Shown here: piece after piece, positions 37,299 to 49,200 of the stretch
Numbering within the stretch: position 1 is the stretch's first letter
Layout of the letters: each line of letters begins with the position of its first letter
Origin: Phoronis australis
Lineage: Eukaryota; Animalia; Phoronida
Length of the DNA: 64,000 bases
Direction of reading: 5' to 3'
Assembly (NCBI GenBank): GCA_002633005.1
Contig: NMRA01000259.1
Location: 98,715 to 162,714, forward strand
Made by a program: the position numbers and the translations under genes
The notes under the pieces: model-generated
Database searches by the model: none
Seen by the model: only the letters and a program-made list of their open reading frames with translations
Told to the model about the DNA's origin: nothing

Positions 37299-40200
37299 GT
37301 AGGTATAGGTTTCTGCTAATGTGGTTTTATCACCCAAGGTGACGCTCGGGTTGCAGATGCGGAGGACAGCACCCCCGATGGAAACGGGGACACAAAAATC
37401 CAAAGGACGGACCAGGCGCGCGTGTGCGTCAGTGTTTGACTTTTTAGTACACCTTTAAATGTTGCACTGAAAATCAGCTTTTGAAGTCGATACCTTTAGC
37501 AGTGACAGGGCAACGTGACAACTTGAATGAAAGTCGTATATTTCCGTATTTTAAGTTTCATAAAGCCGAAGTTAATGAAATCTCAGCGCTAAACGAGGAA
37601 TAACAATGACATTCAGTAACGTCCTCTGAGATTGTTGCTCCGTCCTTCCTACAATTCACAGCCCCTCCTTCCCATTTCCGTCCGCCCTTCACTCCTTTTT
37701 GGTTCCTTCCTTTTCGGCAGTCCGTCGAGTCATGTTTCGAGAACCCCAAGATTACAACCTGGTCAAAAAGGCTTTACCTCCACGAAAACCTTCCGTCTCA
37801 CCGACACTGCTGTTTCGTTTACATCCAAAGTGTATAAGTAAGAAGTCTCTAAAGTGTTGCGGCAAGACATTGAAACACGTCCAAGTGGGAGGCTTTTGAA
37901 CTAGTATGTAGCCCTTCTGAAAAAATTGCGATATTAAAAGCATAGTGAATGCTGTCAAATCGTAACGACCTACAATGGGTGGACAATTGTTTGGTCTTAG
38001 GAGTATATGAAGACCATTGTCATACATGTATAGATTCTGTTACTGTTGGGACATGAAAGATTTGAAAACATTAGCAACCAGTGCTATTCAGACCAACAAA
38101 TTACAAATTCTAGATTTAACATTCTACAAGCGGCACATCTACAAGCCGCATGAAAGTTAACCGTGGCTTTTAAACAGGAAGCAAAACTGTCGCTGGAGTC
38201 TAATTCTTTTATTCGAAATCGAGATCGAAAATATTTTTGGGATTTTTCGTTCTACTAGAAAACAAAATAAAAATGATTATATATCATTCTGTTCTTGAAT
38301 ACATTGGGGGTTTCGTGGATGATTGTACAATCTTGTTGGCGTTTTATGAAACCAACATTAACACTAGAACTTCGAGTCTGAATTCGAAATTCCGAGTTTT
38401 CTCAAAAATAGGCAGATGCTTAGGCCACACAGTTGGGCCTATTGCACCAATCACCTGATTTGGGTCAACAGGATCCCTCACCATGGGGTACTTTCTGTGA
38501 GTAAAGTCTTCAATTATGCCCGTTCGCCTCATGGAGTTAGAAAAGCAGTTGAAACAGCACGGTCTGGCGATTTCTATAAGTGAAGTTATATGTTCATCAA
38601 AGAGAAGATACAACATGGGAACGAGTGTGACTCTTTCTTGGCTGCTGCAGAGAAGGACTGAGCACTTGTGGACCTGTCCAATGTGAAGTGATGTCTATCC
38701 CTGAGACAATGACAATGACAATAACAAAGAGAAGATTACGAAAGCCCTTATAATCCGGGCAAATGTCCACTTAATGTCGGGAAGTCTAAGCTTTTAAGCC
38801 AAAGATATGGCAGTTTGAACAGATCACATATCAACCTGTGATGTTTTGGTGCCCAACTTCACGTACACGTATGTGTCAGTGTCCTGTAATGACTTGCCGA
38901 GTAGCCATCCTGCCTAAGGATAAGAGTCTTTTGGAAACTGTGACTCAGTGGGTTTCCATCAGAGATTGTAGCTTGAATCTTTGGGCCACCACGTGCGAAC
39001 TTGTATTGGACACTCATTTGCCTAAACCATAACTTACTCGACACAGAACACTGGACATTTATCTTGAGTGTGTACAGTATGATTAGAATAGAACAGAAAA
39101 CTACAAAACTATTTGCGAGTTCGATGATATTGATTTGATCCCGTGCCCAGGATATCAAGCCAAAAGATGTGACTATCATTTTACAGTAGAAGCGGTTAAG
39201 GTACCAGTAGCAGCAGCAGCAGCAGCGCCAGCAGCAGCAGCAGATGCCGCAGCAACAGCAACAGATGCAAAAGCAACAGCAGCAACAGCAGCAATAGCAA
39301 CAGCAGCAGCATCATCATCAGCAGCAGCGCTAGCAGCAACAGGAACATCAGCAGCACCGACACCATCAGCAGCACCAGCAACAGCAGCAGCACCAGCACC
39401 AGAATCAGAAGCAGCAGACCTACATTCCATGATCGGTAGAACGATCACTTTGTATTGGAAGTACCAAAACCTACATCCTTCACAGACATGAACTTCAAGA
39501 TAACAGCGTCAAACGCTTTACTAGCAGAGTCGCATAAAGGGTTGGCACTGCTAACAAAATACACACCCTTATTTGCACCCTGTGTTAAAATTCAGGACTT
39601 GGTCTCCTAAATTAAACAAACCACTAAAAGTTAGGGACCATTAATTTGTTTGTTAAGTGAATAATATTTGTTTTAATTTCATTAACACGCAACTTCCTTG
39701 TAAAACACAACTGGTGAACCATGTTCAACATAAACTGCAGGTCGCCCCGTTTTCATTTGCGAGTACTTGTCAGTTTTGATTCCGATGTTTGCAATTTTTC
39801 AGTTTGATTGCCAGATCATTCAGAAAAATTATTTAACATATCTCTGGTGACCTCCGCAAGTTGTTGAAAACCAACTAGTAACTGAGTTCATGCAGTCTAC
39901 ACGAATGCACGCAAATGTATGCAAAACACAGTTTCCCAACAAGTTTTTTCAATCACTTCCGGGAAAAGAAGTTGCACCCAGTCAAAACCCTTTTGAAAGT
40001 CAATGTAGTAAGCATAGATGAACTTTGCTTGAATTTTAGCCGGTTTCTTACAAAAAAACGACTAAAATTCAGATGGTTGTTACATGTACGGTTATACACC
40101 GTGGAAATAATTAAAGGCTTTTCGTATAATTCTTACAACGATTGTCATTTTTGCTTTTATTTTTAGCTATATTTTTGTATTTTTTGTCACCCGTACTTTG

Positions 40201-43200
40201 ATTTGTCAGTCTCTCAGTCTGTCTGTACTTATGCATATCTACCTGTATGTCTGTCTGTCTGTCTACACATATGTCAGTCTGTCTGCCTGACTGTCTATCA
40301 GTTAGTTTGTTTGTCAGTCTGCCAGAATGTGTTTCTGTCTCTATTAGTACGTCAGTATTCTAGTATTGCGCTGTATTGGATTGTGTTGTAAAAATCATTC
40401 TAAGTATTGAAAACTCCGTGTTTTTAGCTCATTTGGTTCAATTTTGTCTCATCTAGCGATACTGCTGCTAGCCCTTGCAGAAGGCCGCTCTAAAGGTGGA
40501 AAGTCAACGAAGACAGGATGGGTCGGTGAATCCAGATGGAAGATTATGAGGCTGAAGGACATATCAAAGTTAACATTCCCGACGTGTTACAAATGCGTCG
40601 AGGCTGCAGATTCTAAAAGATGCGAAGAGACAAAACAACGCTGTCTCCCTAATGAGGTAATTAAGTGACTTCGTTCTAAAGGGAAATGTATGCAAAATTT
40701 ATGTACGTGTGCGTCTAGATGCATCCATAAACTTGGATGATGTAAATACTTAGTTCTGTAGACGCCTGTCTATTGCCTACAGCAAGAAATTAAACCTTTT
40801 CGTATCAGTTTCTTTTACAATGAATGTCCACGTATTAGTCGATACATTCCTATGTACATATACTCGCCTTCTCGCAAGAAAAATCAATTTTTGATTTGTC
40901 CACTCATCTTTATGAGTCTCGAGGTCTCAAATTTTCTCTACAGTATTGGTTGAAGAGTTCTCTTCCTTATCAGTTTGAGAATTTTTTGGTACAATGTATA
41001 TGCTATGATGCACTTTACGTACATATGTACTCGCTGTATTCGCGTCCATCTTTTTTTAGTTTCATTCTTTCCCTTTGGATCTCACCTCTCGTCATCAGCG
41101 ATTTAAATATGATATTGTTTTTATATTGTTTGCAAACTACCTTCAGGTAATGTCAGTGGTAAAGCTGTACATCGTGAAATATTTGAGCATGAGGTAACAA
41201 TTTCTTTCCATTCTTACATGTGTAAAGCAGACGTAATACACCCGGATTCAAAGACAGGTTGCTTTTTATGACCGGTGAAAACTGAATCTGGAAGAAGCGT
41301 TTTATCTCTTGTTGCAGATGTGTTCAGCGCAGTACGACCTTGTAGGCGGAAAAGTGGTAACAACCAAAGGTTGTAAACACAAGGTGGTAAGTAGAAATTG
41401 CGGTGAGGGTACAACAATATGGCGTACCCATACTCTTAGTGAGTATACAACAGCTTGTGGGTGGACTACCAAACGTTACAGACGGTAATTGCCAGTCTTC
41501 CCCACAGTTATTACAAAACAGTTTCCACATGGCAATTATATGCAACCCAAGAGCACGGTGAAACATGAAATATCAATTTCTCTGTACGTATGAAAGTTTA
41601 CATACATGCACATGTATGCATAATCGACTGCTAGTTAAGGTTATCTCAAACCTTATTGTAACTCGAATCTCAAAATATCCAGGCTTTGTCAACTGGAAAA
41701 GTATATGTTTTCTGAAAGAAAAAAATCAGGAATTATAAAAATATCTTTTTATATTCATGTAACACCTTTTGAAGTCAAAAGTTCATTTTTAAGGAAAGTA
41801 GATTCATAGCAAAATAACGCATTGATCGATTTTAATGAAACCTTTTTTAATGAAAACTTCACCAGTTACACCAAAAACACCGTTAGAATTTTTCGATTAG
41901 TCCCTTAGTTTTGTTTCTCTGACAAATCGACTTGCAAAACGTAAGGTAATTTGGTAAAAAATAGCAGTCGTATTCGTCTTTGTTACATTACACAAAAGAA
42001 CAAGGTATTTATATCAAAAAACCTATCAGAGTTTTTGGGATTGATGAATAAATATTAAGTTTGGAATGTTTCAACGAAACCCACTTAGCCGTGTTCTTAA
42101 GTCGATTTGTCGAAACCGAGAAGACATCGTTTAAAGACCTAGTAGCACACGTTTTTAACCCTTATTAAACTGTTAGAACATGTACAGCGTAATCCTAACG
42201 GTAGGCGAAAAATTCATAAATATCCTCTCTTTTCACGATCTGGAACCGAGTGATACCCTGCCATTTTAGATTTGCCGCTAAGTCGGAAGTGAGATTCATT
42301 AAGGAACGATTGAATTACAAGGCCGATTATGGCGACTGGGCTGAGAGTTTTTTACTGGGAGTAACTAAAACTGGTAAACAGTATGTAAACATATAGATTA
42401 ATTCTTATTGACACTACCAAGCAAACACGCTGTACCTTGACAGTTTCGGCTACTCTCAGCAGCCATCTTCGGAAGCTATTGGACACTAGGTGGCGACGTG
42501 ATGACACTGTTCCAAATTTTAGACAATTTAGAACAGTGTCATCACCTCGCCACCTAGTGTCCAATAGCTTCAGAAGATGGCTGCTGTGAGTAGCCGAAAC
42601 TGTCAAGGTACAGCGTTTTTGCTTGGTTGTGTCAATAAGAATTACTTTATGTGTTCTCTACCAACCTTATGGAATTATTTAGGGATAGTATGTAAACATA
42701 ACAACGAACATGCAGAATCAAAATGAGTAAAGTTGCTATACAGTTTCGATATCCTGACGGTTAAACTTACAAAAATATCGAAAATAAATTACACATGGAA
42801 AACTACAATACCGATTGTCTCCGGCGAAGTTGTTAGGCGCCTGACGGCCAACAGTAAACGGCGGAATACCAACTGGTGGCGAAATACCTTCATAACTATA
42901 ACTTGATATGGTGCCAAATGTTATGTAAATATTAATGAGAATTCCCATTCGGCTTTAGGCATTCGTATAAGCTACTACCCGCCGGAGCCCGGCCTATCGG
43001 TCCTGCGCCATCAATCAGCTCATAGACTACAGTTCACTACATTTCCCCCCGTTTGCTTTTTCAATCGCAGAATTTTTATATTTAGATAACGGAGGCATAG
43101 GTTATAATTTTTGTCACTTTATACTTTGCCTAATAATTAAAAAATCAAAGTCAATTTAGCAAGTGATTATTTTCCTGGCGAAGTGACACGGCAATAGCAA

Positions 43201-46200
43201 CGGAGTTACTTTGTCGGTTGTCGTGTTCTAGCAGCAAAAATTATGCACAGGTGCGCGTTATTGCAATTCAGGTGAGGAGCGCACTGTTTTGAGATAAAAC
43301 ATGATTTTGTTTGTCGAAACATCGTCGTGTGTGTATGTTTTCTTTCTGCTTTTCATTTTTAAAGGCCAGTGAAGCCGGTGCCGATTTGCTGCCAAGTACG
43401 CGGAAATGCGCTCACACTTCCGGTTGGTCACGCGGGAATTGTTCAGACTGGTATTTGGCATCAGTTTCAAGATATGGGAATAACGATAAGACATTTGCCG
43501 ATCCAAAAAGTATTTTACTCTAATTTATTACCAAAACGGGTATTGTTTCTGAAATTTGATGTACCCTCGCTATGAGTAATGGTTGACCTCAGTAGTCGAG
43601 TGTTAGCTGCGGGAGATGCGACGTATTCAGTTATGATGGCATTGAATACCATTCGTCATATGCAAAAAAACAGGTAAAATTTAGACAATAAACAAGCAAA
43701 TTTTTATAAAAAGGACCAGAATGAGAATCAAAAACAACCAAAAATACCAACCCATTTACGCTCACGGTAGTATCAATACATTTTCAAGGACGACATGACC
43801 GTCAAAATGTAGACTTAAAAATCGCTGATTGAAATAAAGGCATTCTTTCCTAAATAAGACACATTTTGAATGCTAGGCATATCTGAACGCCATACACAGG
43901 ATATTAGAGTAATATTCCATTAACGGTCAAAATATGTGTTTCGACACAGCACAGCAACTGGTATGAACAATGACATTTTTAATCAACATAACATTTTCAT
44001 CGTCAAAAACACTGAAGTTGGAATTCATTTTAAAGGTTCAAAGTATTGGATAAAAACGCACAATTCAGTTTACAGTCTGACTTCAACCGGATTTTTCTTA
44101 AAAGTCACAAAACACTTTTTAGAATCCGGTTCGTGCAAATTTCTTATTTTGAATAGGCGCTCTTTAGGGGAAGCTCTTTCAGTGGTGCGATTTTGGGGAA
44201 TTTCCATTAGATAAGCCTACAATTTCCAACTGCAAAGCAAACGTAAGTGCTCAATCTGGACTTAAACTTATGTGGAAGCACGTTTATATGAATGTACACG
44301 CACTGTAGGCCAGGCGCACTGAGCGAGCATTGACAACAATATTCACTGCATTCCGCGAGCCTAATAGCAGTGCGTATTTTTTAGATGTAGGGGGCGCCAG
44401 AGCATCAATTTCAAGGATTATTTTACTCAGTTGGTTCTTGTATAGGCGCGATCATTTGATTCCAATATAGGCGTGGCTTCGAATATAGGGCCGGCGCTTA
44501 AACATCGACCGTAAAAAAGAAACGTTGTACTTATCAGTGAAAGAACTGGTGATATTTAAAAAATCTTAAGATTTATATTTTTGATAATTCGGTGATTTCT
44601 GTCTTTTCTGCAAGGTTATTTAGCTATCTTTAGTCAGTTTTCGATTAGTTAGCAAGCTGGTATTCTGATGTCGGATATCGCAAGCTTCAATCCGTTGCCA
44701 ATCAATTAAGTCACGAAGGTGGGAAAATTTACAATGTAAATATGTTAGTCGAAGAGTCATCACTTTCCCTTCGGACTATTGAACCAACCTTCAACTAATT
44801 TCGGCTTTTTGTGTGCGCTAAATGGCACGCCTCGTTCTTTAAAAAACACTAGCGAATAATTTATTTATTCCGTCACAGGATGCACATCAGTACTGAGCTG
44901 AAGGACAGTGTTTTTTTGTAGACTTGCCTCAACCTCGAGCAAAACAATCCAGACTGGTGCTTCAAGGGTCGACTATCGAGTCGGTGCACTTTCTGTTGCG
45001 AAGGCGATTGGTGCAACCACAATTTTTCGGCAGTATCTGGGATAACAAGGATGACAACTCCAGGTATGTATACACGTATCACGCACCCTCGCAAAAATTT
45101 TGGCAACCACGATAGAACGATGTGATCGGTGGCGAACACAGCCACCCTCTCCCCAATTTTAAGTGTGGTATGACGCTGAACATTTTAAACGTCTGCTCGA
45201 CGCTACTTTCCTGTGCGTTTTCCGAAACACATTGCCTTGAAGAAAACTCCTTCCAAACAATCTTCATTTTGTTACGAATGATGTATACGACACACATTTT
45301 CGCTTAAAAGATAACCAGAGTGTAGAGTAGGATATCACAATCCAGCGTGCTGATAAGAAATGTTCAAGTGTTTAAATAACGGTTTAGTGCTCTAAGCAAG
45401 GTTACAAATGACTGAACAGCTTAGGAACCTGTACAAAATGGGGCATTCCTTCCTACAAATAGGGGTTGTTAAAACTTGTGGCCACTGGGTGAATTGCACG
45501 TACGGGGTGTAGCCCAAAACTTGTAGCGACCTGGAGAGGCAGCTTACAAGCGTCATCCCAACTTCTCATAGGTGCGGCCCCGAGAAAATCTTAATGCGTA
45601 TGTTTTTCTAGTGTTTGTGACATTGACATGGATGTCTTTAATGGATTACAAGCTTATGTAGTTTTCTAAAATGTAAAAACAGCAACTTCTTTGAGTAACG
45701 TGATTGTGCAGAGTTTTGTTTTTCAGGTGACTGTGAAAATTGGTCAAAATGGAGTGAATGTAGCGTCACCTGTGGGCAAGGAGTTCAAACGCGAAGGCGC
45801 CAATGTCCCATAAGAGAAAGATCAAAATCAACAGGAAAACAAGGTAGTTGTTTTCTTGGTGCTCAGTTCTTTTACCCATTTTGACCTGTTATGTCCATCT
45901 TGACCCACTATGTCCGTTTTGACCCATTATGTCCCGATTTGACTCGTTAGTTCTTTTTAGTACTTTAATCCATTTTCATCGGTTAGGTTAGTTTTAATCG
46001 ATTTGTTTGGTAACAAACATACGTTTTTCACCAAGAGGGATCAAAACAGCCGATAATTATTTGTAGGTTTTCATAAATTAGGCTGAAGTAGAGGTCTTGG
46101 TCAGTTATATGTCTATGACCCATTATGTCGATTTCCTTCCATTATGTCAAGATTGTCTCATTTTGTCCCATCATTTCCACTGGTTAGGTCCATTTAATTT

Positions 46201-49200
46201 CATTTTCAGCCGTGAAGTCGGTTTCGGTGAATTGAATTGAATGTGCTGTAGTTTCTCACAGAGGTGGATAAAAACGGCCATTAATTCATTTTGGATAATT
46301 GTGGAAACAGTGTGTTCCTGATCCGTTATGTTCACATCAGCATGATGAATCAAATTGGAATTATTGACCGTTTCAATACCTCCTCGTGAACTACAAATCA
46401 TTTTTATTACTGAAATAATTAAGGATCAAATTCCACTTAACAGGTGAAAATTGGTTAAGGAATGAAAATAACCTTAATGGGTTAAAATGGAGGTAAGGGG
46501 TCAAAATAAACATAATGACGCAAATTGGACACAATGAGTCAAAATGGACATAACATGTTTAAAATTATGCCAGCTTTAGCATAATTGACTAACTAAACAA
46601 GATTTTTGACGGTTTTGTGAAACGGGAATTATTGCTATTATTATACTATTGGATTAAAAACCGACCTAACAGTGAAAATGGAATTAATGCCGGGGCAGCA
46701 CTGGAATTAGCAAGAAAAATAATAAAAGTCATTAAATTCGTAAACGTTATCGTGTATGATACATGAAACAAGAATAAGGACTTTAAACACGAATATAAAT
46801 TCCCAAGATACTGAGTTCCATCGTACCTTGTCGTTATATAAATAATGTCCACATTTTGCAACACCTATGTATTTTGTTAAATTTTACAACATTTTATAGT
46901 ACATTAATTTTCATGACGATTCCTTCTGTAATTGCGCTCTTATATATGCTACCTTATATTCGTGTTTAATGTGCTTGTTCTTGTTTCATGTACCATACAC
47001 TGTAACGTTTACGATTTTAAATTTATTTGCCTTGGATGACTGAAGTCTAGTAGAAGTACAACAACTTTTTTACTATGAAATGTTTTGTAAGGTGTTTTAT
47101 TTTATACATTGTATATACTCTTGGGTTTGTGTTTGTGATGCAACTCACACTCGGTGATTTACTATTTCAACTGCCATCTGTTGAACGACATTTATGTAGA
47201 CAATACGAAAGTTTGTTGGACAAAATACCTAAGGCCAAGAAAAGCTTACTTTTCAATGAAAGCTGTATGCATATGTATATGTACATGTATACATCAGTCT
47301 AGATGGTTTCCTTGATCCTGTTCTGTATTTAACAACGTGGTTTTACAAACACCGTTTTTTCAGGAGGCAGATCCAAAGGAAAGCCAACAATTATAAGTTC
47401 CAGCGAATACAATCTTCTTTCCAAGAACGAAAAAGCGTTAATCTACTATCTCAAAAAAGAAACCAAATCAGCGAGTGTGGAAAAAAAGATATCGGCTCTT
47501 ACCTATACGATTCTACGAGATTTCCGTAAGTTACCTCTGAGACTTGTTTTGAGATTAGGAAAAACGTCAACACACAAATCAATTTAATCGAAACTTGCAT
47601 ATGAATGTAGGTGATACACTTTCTCTTTCAGTATATGTCATATTTTTACAACAAACACAATATAATATACAAATTTAATTCATTGCTTATTTATCGTAGA
47701 GCACAAACACCTGACTTAGATGCACACATTGCTGTTGTACACGGAATGCTAATTTTTAGTTACAATGGTTAATTCATGAAACTCATTCTGCCTTGCTAAT
47801 TAAAAAGAAAAATCCAAGTTTAATCAATTGTTGAACATTTTTCTGTTTCAGGTAATACACGGACTGCCAGGTCAGCCAGGAAATCCAAAGGACACAAATC
47901 AAAAACTGACAAAACCACGTCAGTGCCCACAAAAAGTGTTGTTTTGCTAGACACTCTGGAAACCGATTCCAGAAGGTGTGAAATGAAATGCGCAACAAAA
48001 CCTATTATGACAACTCTAGCAACAAAGGCAACGGTGTTGAAATCGGTGATGCCAGGGTCAACAACACTAAAGCCAACGACGTCAGGGCTAAAACCATTGA
48101 CGTCAGAGCCAACCACGCTAAAACCAACGACGTCAGGGTCAACCACGCTAAAACCAACGACGTCAGGGTCAACCACGCTAAAACCATTGACGTCAGAGCC
48201 AACCACGTTAAAACCAACGACGTCAGGGTCAACCACGCAAACCACCTTTAATTCAAGCACATTGGAACCAACGCCATCCGAGCTCCCGACACTGGAACCA
48301 ACGACCACAATAGGTACAGTACAAACCAACACTCCAACTCGATACCCAATAACATCTCATCAAACCACATAAGACAAGAAACTCTACATCGCCAGTTTCA
48401 TCAATGTAAATTCACATCATGATGTTTATCAGTGGTCACCATGATGATTATCAGTGGTCATCAGGATGGAGATAAGTGATCACCATTCATGGCATCATTA
48501 GTGGAAATTTCTTTCGATCATTTTATAATCGCTCAGTAATAAGAGATCACCCAAAATTACAACTGTTCATGATAAATCTTGAATGAAAAATTACAGCTAT
48601 GTGAATTCTTGTTAACTATTCCTATTTATTTATATCATTCCATTCACACGAATTCACATAAATAGTTCGATACGAATTCACATACGAATATTTTATAATG
48701 AATTGTGATGTACCAAAATTGCTTTTGTAACATGTCATTGAGTTACTGGTGTTTTCCGTCGGGTTGTTAAACAGTGTTTTGGTAAGAGACCCGTCGTTAG
48801 AATGGCTGGTTCAACTGCCACTTTTCAAGCTTCGCAACTCACAAAATATACATCAGGGAGGTCGCACTATACACTACAAAACAACAGCCAGACAAATATC
48901 ATTCTGACGTCATCAAGGCTAATTCTGTTTACAAGAAAAGTGCTGGTAATAACTATTAGGGCGGAGTATTTGTTATTATATAATGGCTACTAATTTTCCC
49001 TGTTAAGTTTCCTTCATTCTTGGTCTCGAGAAAAGACTCATCTGATGATAAATTTGGCTTCTACCCAACCGTTATGACGGAGAATTGTGGGTAAAAATTT
49101 CTGACTACTTTTAGCTTGTACTGTATAGTAATCAAGGAGGCATCATTTTGGGGTCTACCAGAAAAACCGTTACCACTCTATAAATGGGTCCATTTTTACT

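Larger units (their letters stand above)
42399..42644. mobile_element. 246-bp near-perfect palindrome, probably a Penelope-like inverted pLTR remnant, between 14-bp direct repeats
   Basis: Arms of about 118 bp with few mismatches and a ~6-nt loop. AGTATGTAAACATA occurs at 42380-42393 and 42687-42700. Confidence 0.75.

Noticed and set aside
39135-39491. Ala-rich antifreeze-like ORF
   Set aside because: A (GCA)n microsatellite open in several frames and both strands. No splice sites link it to the gene model.
47820-48332. Val-rich 170-aa minus-strand ORF
   Set aside because: Antisense shadow of the Thr-rich coding repeat.
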